From Lophium mytilinum (Eukaryota), in NCBI GenBank assembly GCA_010093605.1, contig MU004190.1:868001-932000 (forward strand): DNA of 64,000 nt, in the 5' to 3' direction. The notes under the pieces were generated by a model, which did not search any database, was not told where the DNA came from, and saw only the letters and a list, made by a program, of their open reading frames with translations. The first letter of the stretch is position 1. The number at the start of each line of letters is the position of its first letter. Positions 35,295 to 49,331 of the stretch are shown here, in pieces. A program made the translations under genes and the position numbers.

Positions 35295-38200
35295 ATGGCG
35301 ATGAGTATGTTACCCTCAGGCTCCAGCATAGCTCCGAAGAGCTCTATCCTGCTGGCATTCTCTCATAGTGAGCATAGGCTAACATGAGTTGCACCTAGAT
35401 CTTGACATGTCCAATGGTAGACCTATTCCCCTCCCATTACAGCCTCCCCGCACCACCTCGAAGTATAATACTAATAGGACACAGCGCAGGTGATGAAGGA
35501 CGAGTCAGGGCGGCCATTTATCATTGTCAGAGAGTGCGTGCCCTTCTGGGCAGGACCCTCAAATGTTGCAATATGGGTGGACTGCTAACAGGTTTGCAGT
35601 CAGGGCAAGAAAAAGAGGCAGCATGGGAACGAGGCGGTCAAGTCACATATCCTCGCCGCTCGAACAGTTGCGAATATCGTCAAGACCTCACTCGTACGCT
35701 AGTCGCCCGACAGACACTCAGGGCAAATTCTAATATGTGTATGTAGGGTCCAAGAGGGCTGGACAAGATCTTGATATCCCCCGACGGAGACATCACCGTG
35801 ACCAACGATGGCGCCACAATTCTCTCCCAAGTACGCATACACTTATCCGAATACCATGACGCCTCTGACCAAATAGATGGAAATATCAAACCATGTAGCA
35901 AAGCTGCTCGTAGAACTTTCCAAGTCCCAGGATGACGAGATTGGCGATGGAACAACTGGCGTCGTCGTGCTCGCCGGAGCACTGCTAGAACAAGCTGCAG
36001 ACCTCATCGACAAGGGAATCCACCCCATTCGGATAGCGGACGGATACGACCAGGCGTGCGAGGTGGCGGTGGCAGAGTTAGACCGGATCAGCGACGTCAT
36101 GCCTTTCTCCAAGGAGAACTCGTCCAATCTCTTCAAGGTTGCAAAGACGAGCTTAGGAAGCAAGATCGTCTCCAAGGCACACGACCAGTTCGCGCAAATT
36201 GCGGTGGATGCCGTGCTATCCGTCGCCGACCTCGAACGAAAGGACGTTGACTTCGAACTCATCAAAGTGGACGGGAAAGTTGGAGGCTCACTCGAGGATA
36301 CTGTTTTGGTGAAGGGCGTTGTTGTCGACAAGGACTTCTCTCATCCGCAGATGCCCTCGGAGGTTAAGAACGCGAAGCTGGCCATTCTTACTTGTGCCTT
36401 TGAGCCCCCGAAGCCCAAGACCAAGCACAAGTTGGACATTACATCCGTGGAAGAGTTCAAGCGTCTCCAGAAGTACGAATCCAATAAGTTCACCGAGATG
36501 ATCCAGCAGATCAAGGACACAGGAGCGAACGTTGTCATCTGTCAATGGGGATTTGACGATGAGGCCAACCACCTTCTGCTCACCAATAAGCTCCCCGCAG
36601 TCCGATGGGTCGGCGGTCCGGAGATTGAACTCATTGCCATTGCCACGAATGGCAGGATAGTACCCCGATTCGAGGATCTCAGTGCGGAGAAGCTAGGAAC
36701 TGCAGGTATCGTACGGGAGGTGTCTTTCGGCACGACGAGAGACAAGATGCTAGTCATTGAGGACTGTGCAAACACCCGGGCAGTGACAGTGTTCGTCAGA
36801 GGAAGTAACAAGATGGTATGTGTCGACTCCGCAGTATTCCGTTTGGATGTCCTTTTCCCGGGATAGGCTGCATCAAGTCATGAGGACTTGGAAGGATTCT
36901 TACTAACTGTGACCAACAGATCATCGACGAGGCCAAGCGCTCCTTACACGACGCCCTCTGTGTTGTCCGGAATCTTGTCAAGGATAATCGCATCGTCTAT
37001 GGTGGTGGTGCGGCAGAGATTGCGTGCTCATTAGCCGTTGAAGATGCGGCAATCAAGGTAAGCAATCAGCACCGATCTAGACATCAAATACGGCTTCACA
37101 TACACTGGGAACCCTGAGCATTGTTTCTGACACACCTATGCAGAGTCCTGGTCTGGAGCAGTATGCGATGCGCGCCTTTGCCGACGCATTGGACGCCGTG
37201 CCAATGGCCCTTGCCGAGAACTCCGGGTTGAGTCCAATCGAGACGCTTGCGGCTATCAAGTCTCGCCAGGCGAAGGAGAAGAATACGCGCCTAGGCGTAG
37301 ACTGCATGCAGACCGGGAGCAACGGTAAGCCTAAGTTCCAATCCTTTCCAGCCCTTAGCCCACGATCTCCATTGTACGTTGCAGATCCGTTCGAGATTCG
37401 AGTCAACGAGTTTCGGGCTTGCATGCAACTGTTCACCGCATTTCCACTTCCACCACATGCTAGTTTCCGGGCTTGTTATGCACCTCTTTTGACATATTAC
37501 TTCCTGGTTTTATGTTGCATTATCTTAACTGCGAAGCGCGCTCGTCACCAGTCCACTTCGACCCCCCACGTTTTATCTACGCACATTCGTCAATGTTATT
37601 GGCATTTCTGTTTACCTCACCTAATACCCATCACTGCCCTCACAGCTCATCATCACATCATAACATTCCTTTTCAAACAATGCTAATATTCGCGCGACAA
37701 ATCAGACATGCGCGAGCACTTCGTCATCGACCCACTCATCTCGAAACGGCAGCAACTACTGCTAGCGACGCAGTTGTGCAGAATGGTGCTGAAGGTACGT
37801 TTCAGAACTATTTATTTCAATACGTCATTTGATTTCGTTTCCTATTTTCCACGTCGGCCATGCATTGTAACCTTGGAAACCTACCCATGTATTGTCTCTA
37901 CACTCCGGCTCCTTGCATTACTACACCCCATTCTCTGCAAGCCACCTCTCCCGTTTCCCCCGATGATTCACGCAACGCAAAACACAAGCCGCGCAAACAC
38001 AAACACAAACACGGCAGCCGATGCACGCATACCCGTCCCGCGTACCGTGTTTGCGCTCGAAGCGACGCGCTCTCTACCCAATCCTCTTGCACTTCTTTCC
38101 CGTCTTTTTTCTCACCGCTACTTCCCCCACATTTTGTATCCGGTTCTCATCGCTGTCGTGTTCCTGTGACTGCGTCTTCGATCTTTGGCTCGGGTCTTGC

Positions 38201-38375
38201 TTCCGCTACTTCCCCGGACCCACTTCCCCGCGTTATCTTGTTTCCTGTCCTTGCGTTGTGCGACTCTGTTGTGTTACACGGGAGAGGGATAAAGAGGAAC
38301 GAAGACAGCTAACGATTTTGGGTGTGATAGGTCAATAACGTCATTATCGCCGGCAACGATGAGAACGAGTTTTAG
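35295..38375 (+). CDS. CCT5: T-complex protein 1 subunit epsilon (multi-exon)
   Basis: [74 protein letters not shown]; final exon [14 protein letters not shown]. Confidence 0.97.
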
Positions 38376-41300
38376 GTGTGGCTGGATTGGATCGAGATGC
38401 TGGACTTGCTACAAGGTAAAGTGCCAGCACTCAGGATGATGGGGGACCCGGCGCCACGTTCTTCGCCACAACACTAGCCTCTTACTGGGAGTCATCTTGC
38501 GTAGGAGTCTGTCTGTTGCTATTGAACGCTGGCATGGCTGCCAGCAACCCCCTACCCATAGATTCCCAAAACTCTGCCTAGATAACGTCGAGCGAAAATG
38601 TACTGTACAGACCGTTTGGCGTCTGTAAATGAGATACCTAGCCTATGAGGTTCGCAGTGATCGTGATCGTCGCATTCCTTGCATTCTAATATCTGTACAT
38701 ACAAAAAGTTAAGAGGGGATTCGGCCCGCTAGCGTCCCCGAATCTGCATTGAGGCGGACGACGGCGTATATACATGCTCGTTCCTTCGCATCGTTGACAA
38801 GACGAAAAACGAACCTCAAGATGTCTGACGTGACTATGTTGCGAATCTTGCCCTGTTCCCTCTGTGTGACCTGGAGCCTCTGTGTTATGTGTTAGGTGCT
38901 TCTCGTCGCGTGGAGGTGATTGGTGTCTTAAGTGGTATGTTAACATAGGTGCTTCTTGACATCGATTCCTACTTTCTATAAAAGCAAATAGTAGTTGATT
39001 TCGAAAAGCTGGCAGAGGGCTTTTTAGTGTTTTCGATACTGATGCACGACGGTGGTATATTACTAGGTCATGGAATGATGGTTATGAAAGCACGCGAGTT
39101 AGGTGATGTGTAGTAGAGAAGTTTTGGACGTAATGTCGCTTGATGGTCTTGATGGAGTTATGGCTGTTGATTGAAACTCTTCTAGAAGAACGGGATGTTG
39201 TGCGTGAATGGAGGTTTTGGAGATTCAGGCGAAAGCGATTCCATTGCCATTGAGTGGAAGGACTGGGTAAGGTGTGGTGGGGAAGGAGCTGAGGATGCAT
39301 GGGCGCGTTATATTCTGATATGTTTCCATAGATAGTAAAGTATATTTGAGTGGGAGGGGTGAAGGTTTCTTGGTGCTAGGGGTGAAGGGATATGGATAGA
39401 GAAGAGAAAGCTCAAAGGAGCACATTGGAGATGTCACAATGGCAAATGATGATGATCAAGCTGCGATATTGACGAAACCCTAGGACTGATTTGACTATAC
39501 CGTCGAAATTACTACGAATCGGATACGAATTTATATGAAGCTTGAGTTATTCATTTTCCAAATACCACTAGCATATTTACTCGAACAGGAATCCTCAAAG
39601 TATACAAAGGACACCACCTCCCATATTCTCCAATACCAAACGACAATCCATAGACGCGCTACTCACCCATATCTCTCCTTCCTATCTCTACATCCCATCC
39701 ACGCGCTCCTAAACCGCAACTCTCCTTCCCCAGCCCTCTACCCCATCTAACTCACCTCCCTCATCTCACCCACACTCCGCTTCACACCCTTCCTACCCTC
39801 CTCACCTGCCCTACCTCAACTCCGCTCCTCGCCCAACCCACGTGGGGTACCCTCCATTACCCGCCCCTTCCCGCCCTCCCATCAAAACAAACCCAACACA
39901 GGCGCAGATTGCGGGGAACTCCGCCACGCACGCAATCTGACAGTGCGAAAGCGGGTCGCTAACAGTGGGAAAGCGGGTCGCGCGAATACCGCCCTCCCCT
40001 CTGCCATCCACCAGGCACGTGGGCGTCGTGAGCGGTGAGTTAGACGTCGCCGCGACCCGCTTTTTGCGTGGGGTGGAGGGTCAGATACCGCGATGGCGGG
40101 AATGGGGACGGGGACGGTGAGCGAAACGGGATGGTGGGTTGAGATTGAGATACCAGCGGGCACAATTGCGATAGGTAGCTGCGCAGTTAGATTTGAATTC
40201 GGGGTAGGAGTTACAATGCGCAGATTGGGAGGCGGGGAGCGGTGAGGGGCGGTGAAAGGGTGGGCCGTGTTAGAAGAGGGAGATGAGTTAGTGGCACTGA
40301 TGATCCCGGAATGGGCTCGTCTCGAGATGGAGGGTTGATTGGGATAAACTGAGACAGTTGGAGGAAGGCAAGGTGGAGTGAGCGGAGCTGAGTTTGAGGA
40401 GGTTACATAGAGTGTAGTTTGAAGTCCGTAACTAGCCCGTTCCTAGCTAACCTTGTATTCATGTGGTCTACTAGGGCCTCACCCAGGACCCCGAGGCTGG
40501 CCACGCAGCGACAAAGCCGTTGGAGCTTCGACGGCCCGCTCAGCGTTTCGTGCATCTCCGCCACGAGCTGGCTGGCACGCCCGCTTGTGGGGAACGACCC
40601 AGAAATCCCCTCATGAGTCCCGCGTGGGATGTTGTAAAGGAAGGTCCAGGGATCTCGTAAGCGCTCACAAACGCTCCCATGTGCCAGCTACCTAGTTCTA
40701 GGAAGGTCGCACGGGCGCATTCGTAGGAGTGCTAGACGCGATTTACAAATACCTATCCCGTCTCGGGGTTGCGCGAGAAGGCCTCGTGGATACAGCCACC
40801 AGTCGCACAAGCAATCCGCTCCGCCCCTTGAGGATTCAGCCGGCGCGGTAAGGCCGGGGAAGCGCTGACGTAGACGTTAACGATGCCTGGTAAAGGCGAG
40901 GTACAAGACCCGAAGTCACTTCTAGAAAGGGAGTGCAGGCGGTCCGGGGCGGGCCTCGCCATCGCGTTACGGACCGCGAGAGCACAGTAAGACGGGACCC
41001 GTGGCGACGGCTCGCCCCCAGGCGTGCGACCAATGTTGGGTTTCTATTCTCGATTCTGGCTGAGTGAGGTGAGCTGAGAAGGGCCGCGGCAGCTCTGAGC
41101 CACAGTTAAAGTGGCACAGTACCCGTTCGCTGGGTCGCTGGGTGCTGCGCTGCTGAGGTTAGCAGGAGCGCCGGCGGTCAGACCCAACGGTAATCTAGGA
41201 ATCCGGGGAACAGCGCGGAGGTAGGTTAATTCAGGCTCTCCGGTTTATTAGCCAGATAGCAGATGACCACCCACCGCGAGCGCTCGTGCTGCCACGCGGG

Positions 41301-44300
41301 TAAAAACAGCCTGGGCGACTGGGAACAGATCCGTCGCTGTGGTTTCTCCCGGTCGGCGTTGGAGATGCCGGCTCCGGAGCTGAGGCTTCAAGGGGAGTGT
41401 TGCATTTTTTAATATCGGGTGGGCACTAAGGCTTGGCTGACCACCATGATTGAGGATAATGGGGAGTACGGGACTGAGACTGACGAGAAAGGGAGAAATG
41501 GAAGAGAGGGCAGCTGACGAGTAAGCAAACGCAGTGTCACCGCTTCCCGTGAAAGACAGCTCTGCCTACCTCAGCTTTGTTTTATCGTGTCTTTCGCGCG
41601 GTTGTCAAAGGGGAGAGTAACGCGACGGAATAGATGAAAATGACAGGGAATCAGCCAATAGGAACCAAGGAAGATGGGCGAAGGAAGCGAAGAGGTTGCA
41701 TGCACGAGCCGTGAATAGACTTGCCTACCTCACTCACCGTTCACCGTGAACTGGGACAACAATGCGGAGACAGGCGCCAGCCGCACTTTGCCTGCTCCTC
41801 GTCACAATTCCTTCCAGATGAAGAAGGAGAGTCGAACCTCACATTCCTTTTCGCTAGCGCAGACCTGATAACAAGTCGGCAGCAGCCATCGCTAACGATC
41901 CCCAGAAGGGCTCGCTGATCCCAAGGGTGGCGGCTGCTGCCCCCAGAGTGGTTGGGAGGGCCCATCCCTTTGTCTCACGCGCACCCATTTTCTCCGTGTG
42001 TGTGGCAGGGAACCCAAGTTCGTGGGACAAATTCTGATAAGGCACGTGGGGCCGCCTGCTGCATGAGGGGCGTTGGAAGCAGAAGCCCTCAGCGATGCTC
42101 ACCCCCACGCACCCTCGCAAGTCCACCGCCAAACGAGGCGAGGCGTTGCGGCTTGGAGGGGCACTGGACGTTGCCATGCCCGCCAGAAATCGCGTGCGCA
42201 TACCGTGCAGAATCAACGGGCCCGGGGCGTGCGCGAGGGTTTGCGAGATCCTACCTGCCAGGTTGGCGATGGCACCGTCTGAGAGAAAGAAAAACAGTAA
42301 TAACACAAGTGGCCGCAGCAACGGCAAAGCGGACGGAGAGTCACGCAAAGTGCTTCCTCGGTGCAAATGGAACACGGCCGAAGGTCGTGCTCATTGAGCC
42401 GTTGCCGAAGAAGCTGTCTGTGCGGATCAAATGAGGGGGAGAGCTGGGATGCCTGTAGCCACCCACCTGGTTGGAATTGGGGATCTTGTACATCCGTGCT
42501 TGGCATGCACAAAGGCAATAGCTTCGGGTGCTTGATTCGGGGCCACGAAAGCAGCGATTGGGTCATTGGAGCGACTGAGAAGTCTATGTCAGGCTGAGGA
42601 AGTAGGGGTTCATGCTGAGTTGCCATGTGTTCGACAAGAGCATCTTACCCTGCTACTGACTGCGAAGGGAGACGAGATGCATATTCTCCGCAGCCTTGCC
42701 CTTCTACCGATCCACGGCGAGTTGCAGAAACACTGCATGTGCACCTCGTTAAACAGAACATTTGTGAACAAATCGCGTGCTCGCAAAGTGCACCTATCCA
42801 TCCCCTGGCACCACCATCGGTCCCGACAACTGCAACCACATCCCGAACCCATCCACACGGTCTCTGCTTTGACCAGCCGCGTGCCCAACCCATCCTCCAA
42901 ACCCACGAGGCGAAATTCGCGGGTTGGCTCATTGGGCACCAACAATCTTGCAGCATCCGCTCTGACACGAACCCACCCACATCCGCGCCCCTGGAGCTGG
43001 GAGCTCCCAGAAATCAACGCAGGCCCACATCGCGATATCACCACCTGAATCGCTCAGGGCGAAGTCCCCAAAAGCAGCCGCGAATCCGCCGCGGAAGCTG
43101 CATCCCCCATCCCCCCGTACGCTAACTTTACCACCGGGCTTCGTTAGTGCGACGCCTCCGTGCAGAGGCTGGGACCAGCAATCTCGGGAGCCCGGGCACG
43201 AGAGCAAAACGGGGCAATGGAAACGGCGATGCCAGCCCCTTCGGTACGTGGGCGAGGGGGCGCGGCGCGGAACAGGGCAGCGACATTCCGACGGGAGTAC
43301 TGTTAGCAGCGGCCGTCGTATGGCGGGGGTGTGGGAGTGTGTGGATGTGACGAGATTGTGACGATGAAGGGTGAGTGCGTTTTGGCGGCAGCGGAAGGGA
43401 ACGGTCGGTCCATCCCGTGTGACTTGATACGGGTTACCGTCCGCTTGCCGCGGCAACACTGAGCAAAAGCAATAAATTCGGCAGTTGGATTGAGGCTTGC
43501 TTGCGTCTTCTTGCGACTTTGGGACTTTGGAACGGCGGAAATGCGGCGGTACCTGAGGACCCAAAAGGCCCCTAGATTACAGGATCGTGAGTGTGGAGCA
43601 AGCACGTTGTGTTTGATTGGCGTGCGGAAGACGGCACGCGGACAAGGATTCACAAGCGGCAGTCCCGTTCACGCCCCGTGCGCTGAGAACGGTTAGAGCC
43701 GCGCCGGAACCACGCTCTCGGGTCGAGCCAAGGCTCCGGGACGCTGGTAGGTGGTGGTTGGGTGGATGGAAACCCATGTTCATGTTGGAGCACCCCCATG
43801 TCTGTCGGCACCGGCATCGGGAGTGAGCATCTTGTCAGACGCCCGCACATCGTTTCTGCACCCCAAGACAGACGAGGCGCGATGCAATGCGCGCTTCCAT
43901 GGTGAGACTTGTTCGCTAGGAACTTTCCCGAAACAGCCCAGCCAAAATGAAGCCCTTCCACAAGAGGATGTCACTGCGCCATGCTATCGGCAACCTGGGG
44001 TTTATCGTGCTTGGCGTAACGATACAGTAATACGTGCCAAATTCTGTACCGAGTAATACAGCTCGGGCTTTGACGTTACCATCCGCGCGAGCTTGTCAGA
44101 GTATTCCAAGTGTATTCCAAGTGAAGGCTGAGGTGCCATGCGTATTACTGTGGCGCAGTCTCCTTCAGCTGAACGTGTCCCAGAGAGGAACAAAGTGACC
44201 TTGCTATTCGAAAACGAGGATCCAAGGAGCGTCTCACCGCTGGCATGCATTGCGAAAGTTGTGTGTTCCACGGCAGCTTGCGATCGCCGTTGCACCTCCG

Positions 44301-47300
44301 GAGTTCCCAATTCCTTACCCTGTGACCATCCGTTGGAGTATTCCACCAACACGGTAAGCAAGGGGACGCTGGCAGGACGAGAATATGAATTGATCAACCC
44401 AATGATATGGTGACGGATAATCCGGGGAAGTAGAGGATGTACCCTTCTCGAGTTCCACAACCTCGAATCTCGCATGCATTCAGAATACCGGTATAAGCAT
44501 GTGACGGTAGATATAGTAGAGCAGTAAAAGCTGGCTTAAAACAGTGCGTACTCGAGCACTGACACAGCACGCGGCTGTTCAGGCTCCTGTCTCGTGAGTG
44601 TGCAAATTCCCTCATGCTGCCCGAGGTCTTCCCCAGACAGCTCTCGCCCTGATCAGCGCATATGACTGCTGCCGTGGCCTCGAACATGCAGAAGGTTGCA
44701 GGGTGGTTGCAGTACCTAGATAGGACACGGAGTGACCGCGATAGCGATCGCGATCTTGACCGAGGTCGGGTTCCCGTAGGATAGAGAAAACAAGAAACCC
44801 TCTTTCGGCCGTGCGGACCGCGTCAGGGCAGGTAATGCTCTGTCTTGATCACAAGGTGAGGAGCGCAGCCTGGCAGCCTCGCTCTGGACAAGAATCCCGG
44901 CCCAGGCTACTTGCGACAACACAGCAACGCGGTTAATTCTTGGCCGGGCCGGATATGGACAGCTTTCTAGGATGCAACAAAGGGCTGGAGGTCATCTGCG
45001 AGGCATGGCGGCAAGATCCTGGAGATCGGGAGCAGCTATCGTCGTTTATTGCTCGAGTCGCAGCCTCTGTCGCAGAGGGGCCACGCAGTGCACTGGTTAC
45101 TGCCTGGCGACAGTCATTCTTGTGTACAACGCATCGCCCGCTGTGCCTGGGGAAGGATGGCGCAACAGGGAGCTGGGTCGCACATGATTCCTGTGCAGCG
45201 TGGCGATTCGCGAGCGAAGCAGATGACCAGCAGATGACCTCGACGGCAATAGTCTGGAGATGCTCCGCGTTACAGATCCACGCTTGTGAATGCCCCGCGT
45301 AACTTTGTCGGACCGTTGACTCGAGCTCGCAGTCTCCAGACATGAGGTCGGGTTAAAGTGTCTCAGAAACCAGAACGGAGCACGCTGCCTGCCGCACAAG
45401 CCTACCTTGGAGTTGACTTCGCGGGGCCAGGACGACTCTGGACTGTCAGACCGGTGGAATGGTACTTGCGATCAAGTCTGGGTGGCGTGTGCGATAAAGA
45501 CTACAATCGCGATGCTTCCGACGTTCTGGAGCTCGCTCGACTGGCACTGTTTGAAGCCTCTAGGCCAATCCGGAAAATTAGAGACTGATGTTAAACCAAC
45601 ATGCCACGATCTACCCCACGTTTGACTAGTGGTTGCTTCTCGCGGCTGTTCATGCCGTGATGATTGTTACATCGCGGCCGGTTATTCGTGATGCTCTGTA
45701 GCGCCCTGGACAGTGGTAGGGCTCGTCACGGGCAGCGTTTCCAGCACAATGATTGGCAACGGAAAGGAAGCCCGCCTGCCCAATGGAGAAAGTCACCAGC
45801 GCACGCGGGAATCGCCTCACGCCTTGTCCATATCGCTGACAGAGGATCCAGGGCTGCATGTGACACTGTCGACAGCGATCGCGCTGAGGCCTCGCTCTAT
45901 AGGATCCTTCAGGTCGCAACAAAGGCCGCAAAGTGGAGAGCGGAAGCGAATTTGGGCGCCCGAAGTGAGGCGAAAAGACGCGATTTAGGGTTGCAGAAAT
46001 GGCGATTCAGCAGCGATATAGCAGGCCTGCCATCGTCCAGCCAGCTGCCCGGGCAGGGAAGCAGGGTCCAGAGGTGGCTGCGAGAGTCAAGTCGGCCGCT
46101 GGAGCGGTGGAGCGGCATTCTGGGTGCGGCCAGTTCGGGCTGGTGCAGCGCATGGAGCACACGGAATTGGGCAGAGTTGAGCGCGCGGAACAGAGGCATT
46201 CATCCGCCCTGGGCGTCTAGCCGCATGGGGCTGCTGTAACAGAACGGCTGACTTAGCGGTATCGTCTTGAATCACGCGTCCGGACGGTATCGCTAGCGGC
46301 TAATGCCTGCAGAAGAGCGACATCAGGTGCGGCGGCGGTGACAGCTGGCCCTGGAGTCGCGGCCAGTAGCGGCCGTGAATCGAGCAGGCTGCCGTGAAGA
46401 GCATTCACGGCTCTGGTGAGTGTTGAGGCGGAACAGCCAGCGAAGAAACCGCGTCGTCCTCTGACCCGCTCAACACCAACGGGGTGCCGCCCCCGTGATA
46501 TGGCACAGTGGGATCGATCCTCTTTCGACCCTGTGTGCCTGCGCACGGGGCGACCAAGAAGCGGCTGTGATTCCAGAAGGCTGCGGCGCTGGCCGTGCTG
46601 ACTCGCCCGGGCTCTCTCCCCCAGAATGCCTCGTGATGTGCTGCGGTCTGGGCGTGGGGAGCAGCAGTCAAGTTGGCCCGAACAGCGCCCCTGACGTCCC
46701 CATCGCGGCAATCCACGCACAAGGGGGCCCGACTCGTGAGCAGCGCCCGAGCCTCCCACCAGCGCCGCCGCCACGACTCACATACGCCGGCCTTCTGCCG
46801 CCGCCGAGACGGGGGGAGCCTCGGGATGTCCTGGATGCAGATGTGCACAGAGCAGTGCTGTTTGCACTGGCAGCCCGGCAGCGGATAGACAGAGTGCTAG
46901 AGCAGCAGCAGCGACGGCCAGCGGAGGCTAGGTATTGTATTCCGCGCGAGCCGTAGCCACTCGGCGCCCGCGACGGCCAGCAGCAGAGAAGAGCGGTGTC
47001 TAGGAACATGGGCCGGCAAATGGAGCGCTGCAGAGAGTGACTTGGGCGGTTGTACCCCGAGCGCTGGCTGGCCTCTCTTTCGGGGGGCCCTCCCCCCAGC
47101 CGCACACCCCCATGCCGCGTCCATGCCCCATGCCATGCCATCAAACGCCTCTGGTCCCACAGCTCCGGTAGCAGGCGTGTGGAGGCTTCGTGGGTGCGAC
47201 AGGTCTCTCCCACCTTTATTATGTGGCACGCTCCCAGGCCTCCCATTCCGACAAAGACTGCCCCGGCCTTACACCACCACCACACCCCCTCGCCCTACCA

Positions 47301-47546
47301 CACAACACACCTCACCAACACACCAACACACACTCGTTCCCAGCCCTTGACGCCTGCACCCTTATGAACACGGCCAGACGCTCTGTTTGCGTGCCTTGCC
47401 CACTTGAACCTGCGGCCCACCGTGCTGCCCTGCCGCGGTGCCGATCTTGACGCAATCGCCTCCCAGCGACCGAACGCAGCGACTACTCGCTCTCTCCCTT
47501 CATAACCACCACCACGGCGTCGCCAGCCATCCTCAGCGCGCCCACC

Positions 47547-49331
47547 ATGCCTTTCTACTCGGAGAATCCCATTGTCCGCGTGGAGTCCGGCGCCATGCAC
47601 ACCATCGAGACGCGGAACGCCGAGAACCTCTTCGGCCTGTGGTCTGGTGAGTGCCATTCCTCGCTGTATCCAGTCCCCAACTAACGCGCCGCAGTATTCT
47701 CAAAGTGCTCAGCGGCCATGGAAGACGGGAAGCGCTACGAAAACATGTCCTGGCGATTGTGGAGCCGCGAAACGTTTTGCTGCGCGCCTGACCACGCCAA
47801 CCCCACCCCGTTCTGCCCGCAGTGGACCTTCACTGCGAAGCTTTCAGGTGACCTAGAAGCGCCCGAACTGTCTTCTAGCGTCGAGTCTGGCTGCTCTGAC
47901 GTGGAACCTTCGCAACTACACAGCTCAACCCGCTCCGACTCATCCTCAACGCGCCCGGAACTGCGACGGCACGACTCCGCAGAGAGCCGGAGTAGAGGGA
48001 AGGAAAAGCACATCACGCCCATTGACCTCGAGAAGATGGTCAACTCGATCAAAGAGAAGAAAGAGCTGGAGCCACTATCACCACTGCCCCCACAGCTCGC
48101 GCAGGCCCTCCCAACAAATGCCGTCCGATCCTGCGAAGACACCACCCCTCGACCCTCGTCCCCGCCACACTCACACGCACATATCGTCCCCGAATCCTCC
48201 ACCTCCACCGTTGCCACGGCGATGGGCAGCGAGTTCTCCAACATGAGCCCTCCCGTCGGCTCTGAGACCAGCACCTCGACCGATCTCAGCTCCCACAGCA
48301 TCGTGCGCGGCTTTTCGCGTGGCCAAATCTCGTCGTCTATGCGCTCCTCCACAAATCTAGTCACTCAACCATCCATCCTGAAGCCCTCGACTCCGCAGAA
48401 GTTTGAGCCCCTCAAGAAGAAGGCGGCGCCAATGTTCGTTCTGGGCGGATCTTCCGACGAGGACAACAACAGCTCGTTCGAGAGCTCGTTCCTGCAGAAG
48501 CGCAGCTCTTTGTCCGACGCGCTGAAGCGGCCAGCTTTCAATCGCAAGACGACGACCTTCAAGGAAGAGGTCATCACGCGGACGATCCAAGACCGCTCTG
48601 AGGAGAGCGAGGCCGCCATTGAGACCGACAGCGAGGATGACGACGAGGACGACGAGTCGGATGATAATGCCATCGAGGACGAGGACTACGAAGACGACGA
48701 TGACCAGTGGGAGGACGACGACAACAGCGGCCCATCCAGCGTCACCGACAAGGAGCTTTTTCGACGCGTTGACTCGAGTGCTAACCTGAGATCGCGCCGC
48801 TCGCTGCTCACGACACTGATGCACGAGGGCGACCGGGCCAAAGCACTCCAGAACGCAGCGTCGCAATCCACTCCCGCACTACGCAGGTCACGGACGTCCT
48901 CTCCCAACGGTCCATCCCTTGCCACCTCCCCACATGAGGAGCCTGGATTGATGATGCGCGCTAGCCAGATTCCTCGATCTAAGCCTATCATCATGACGAC
49001 CTCCAACACTCACCCCCCCGCATTGTCTCCGCGCACGACCCGACGCAACATGCTTCAGACCGAACTCACCGAGTCCCTTCGCAAACACCTGCTTTGGGAG
49101 CGCCAGCAGAAAAACGCCACCAATAACGCTGTCCTGAAACGACAACAGAGCGCTATCTCCAACCCAGCGCTTCGACGCGCGATGACTACCAACGACATCA
49201 AAAGCATGAAAGCCTTTCCCGGCGAAGCGACCGGAAAGCCATCGGCCTACCGGGACATGGCTAAAAACAACTCATCCTACAACGAATACTTCGACCAAGG
49301 CCTTCAGGAATACCACCAGAAAGGCTGGTAG
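47547..49331 (+). CDS. DUF1752/DUF3295 fungal regulatory protein. Exons 47547-47646 and 47695-49331.
   Basis: NLFGLWS^VFSKC..GKRYENMSWRLW (DUF1752 type); LFRRVDS, SPRTTRRNMLQTELTESLRKHLLWERQQK and terminal YHQKGW (DUF3295 type). Confidence 0.88.

Noticed and set aside
40400..47300. Many overlapping 60-210 aa ORFs on both strands
   Set aside because: Expected by chance in GC-rich DNA; no codon bias, domains or consistent splice structure seen.
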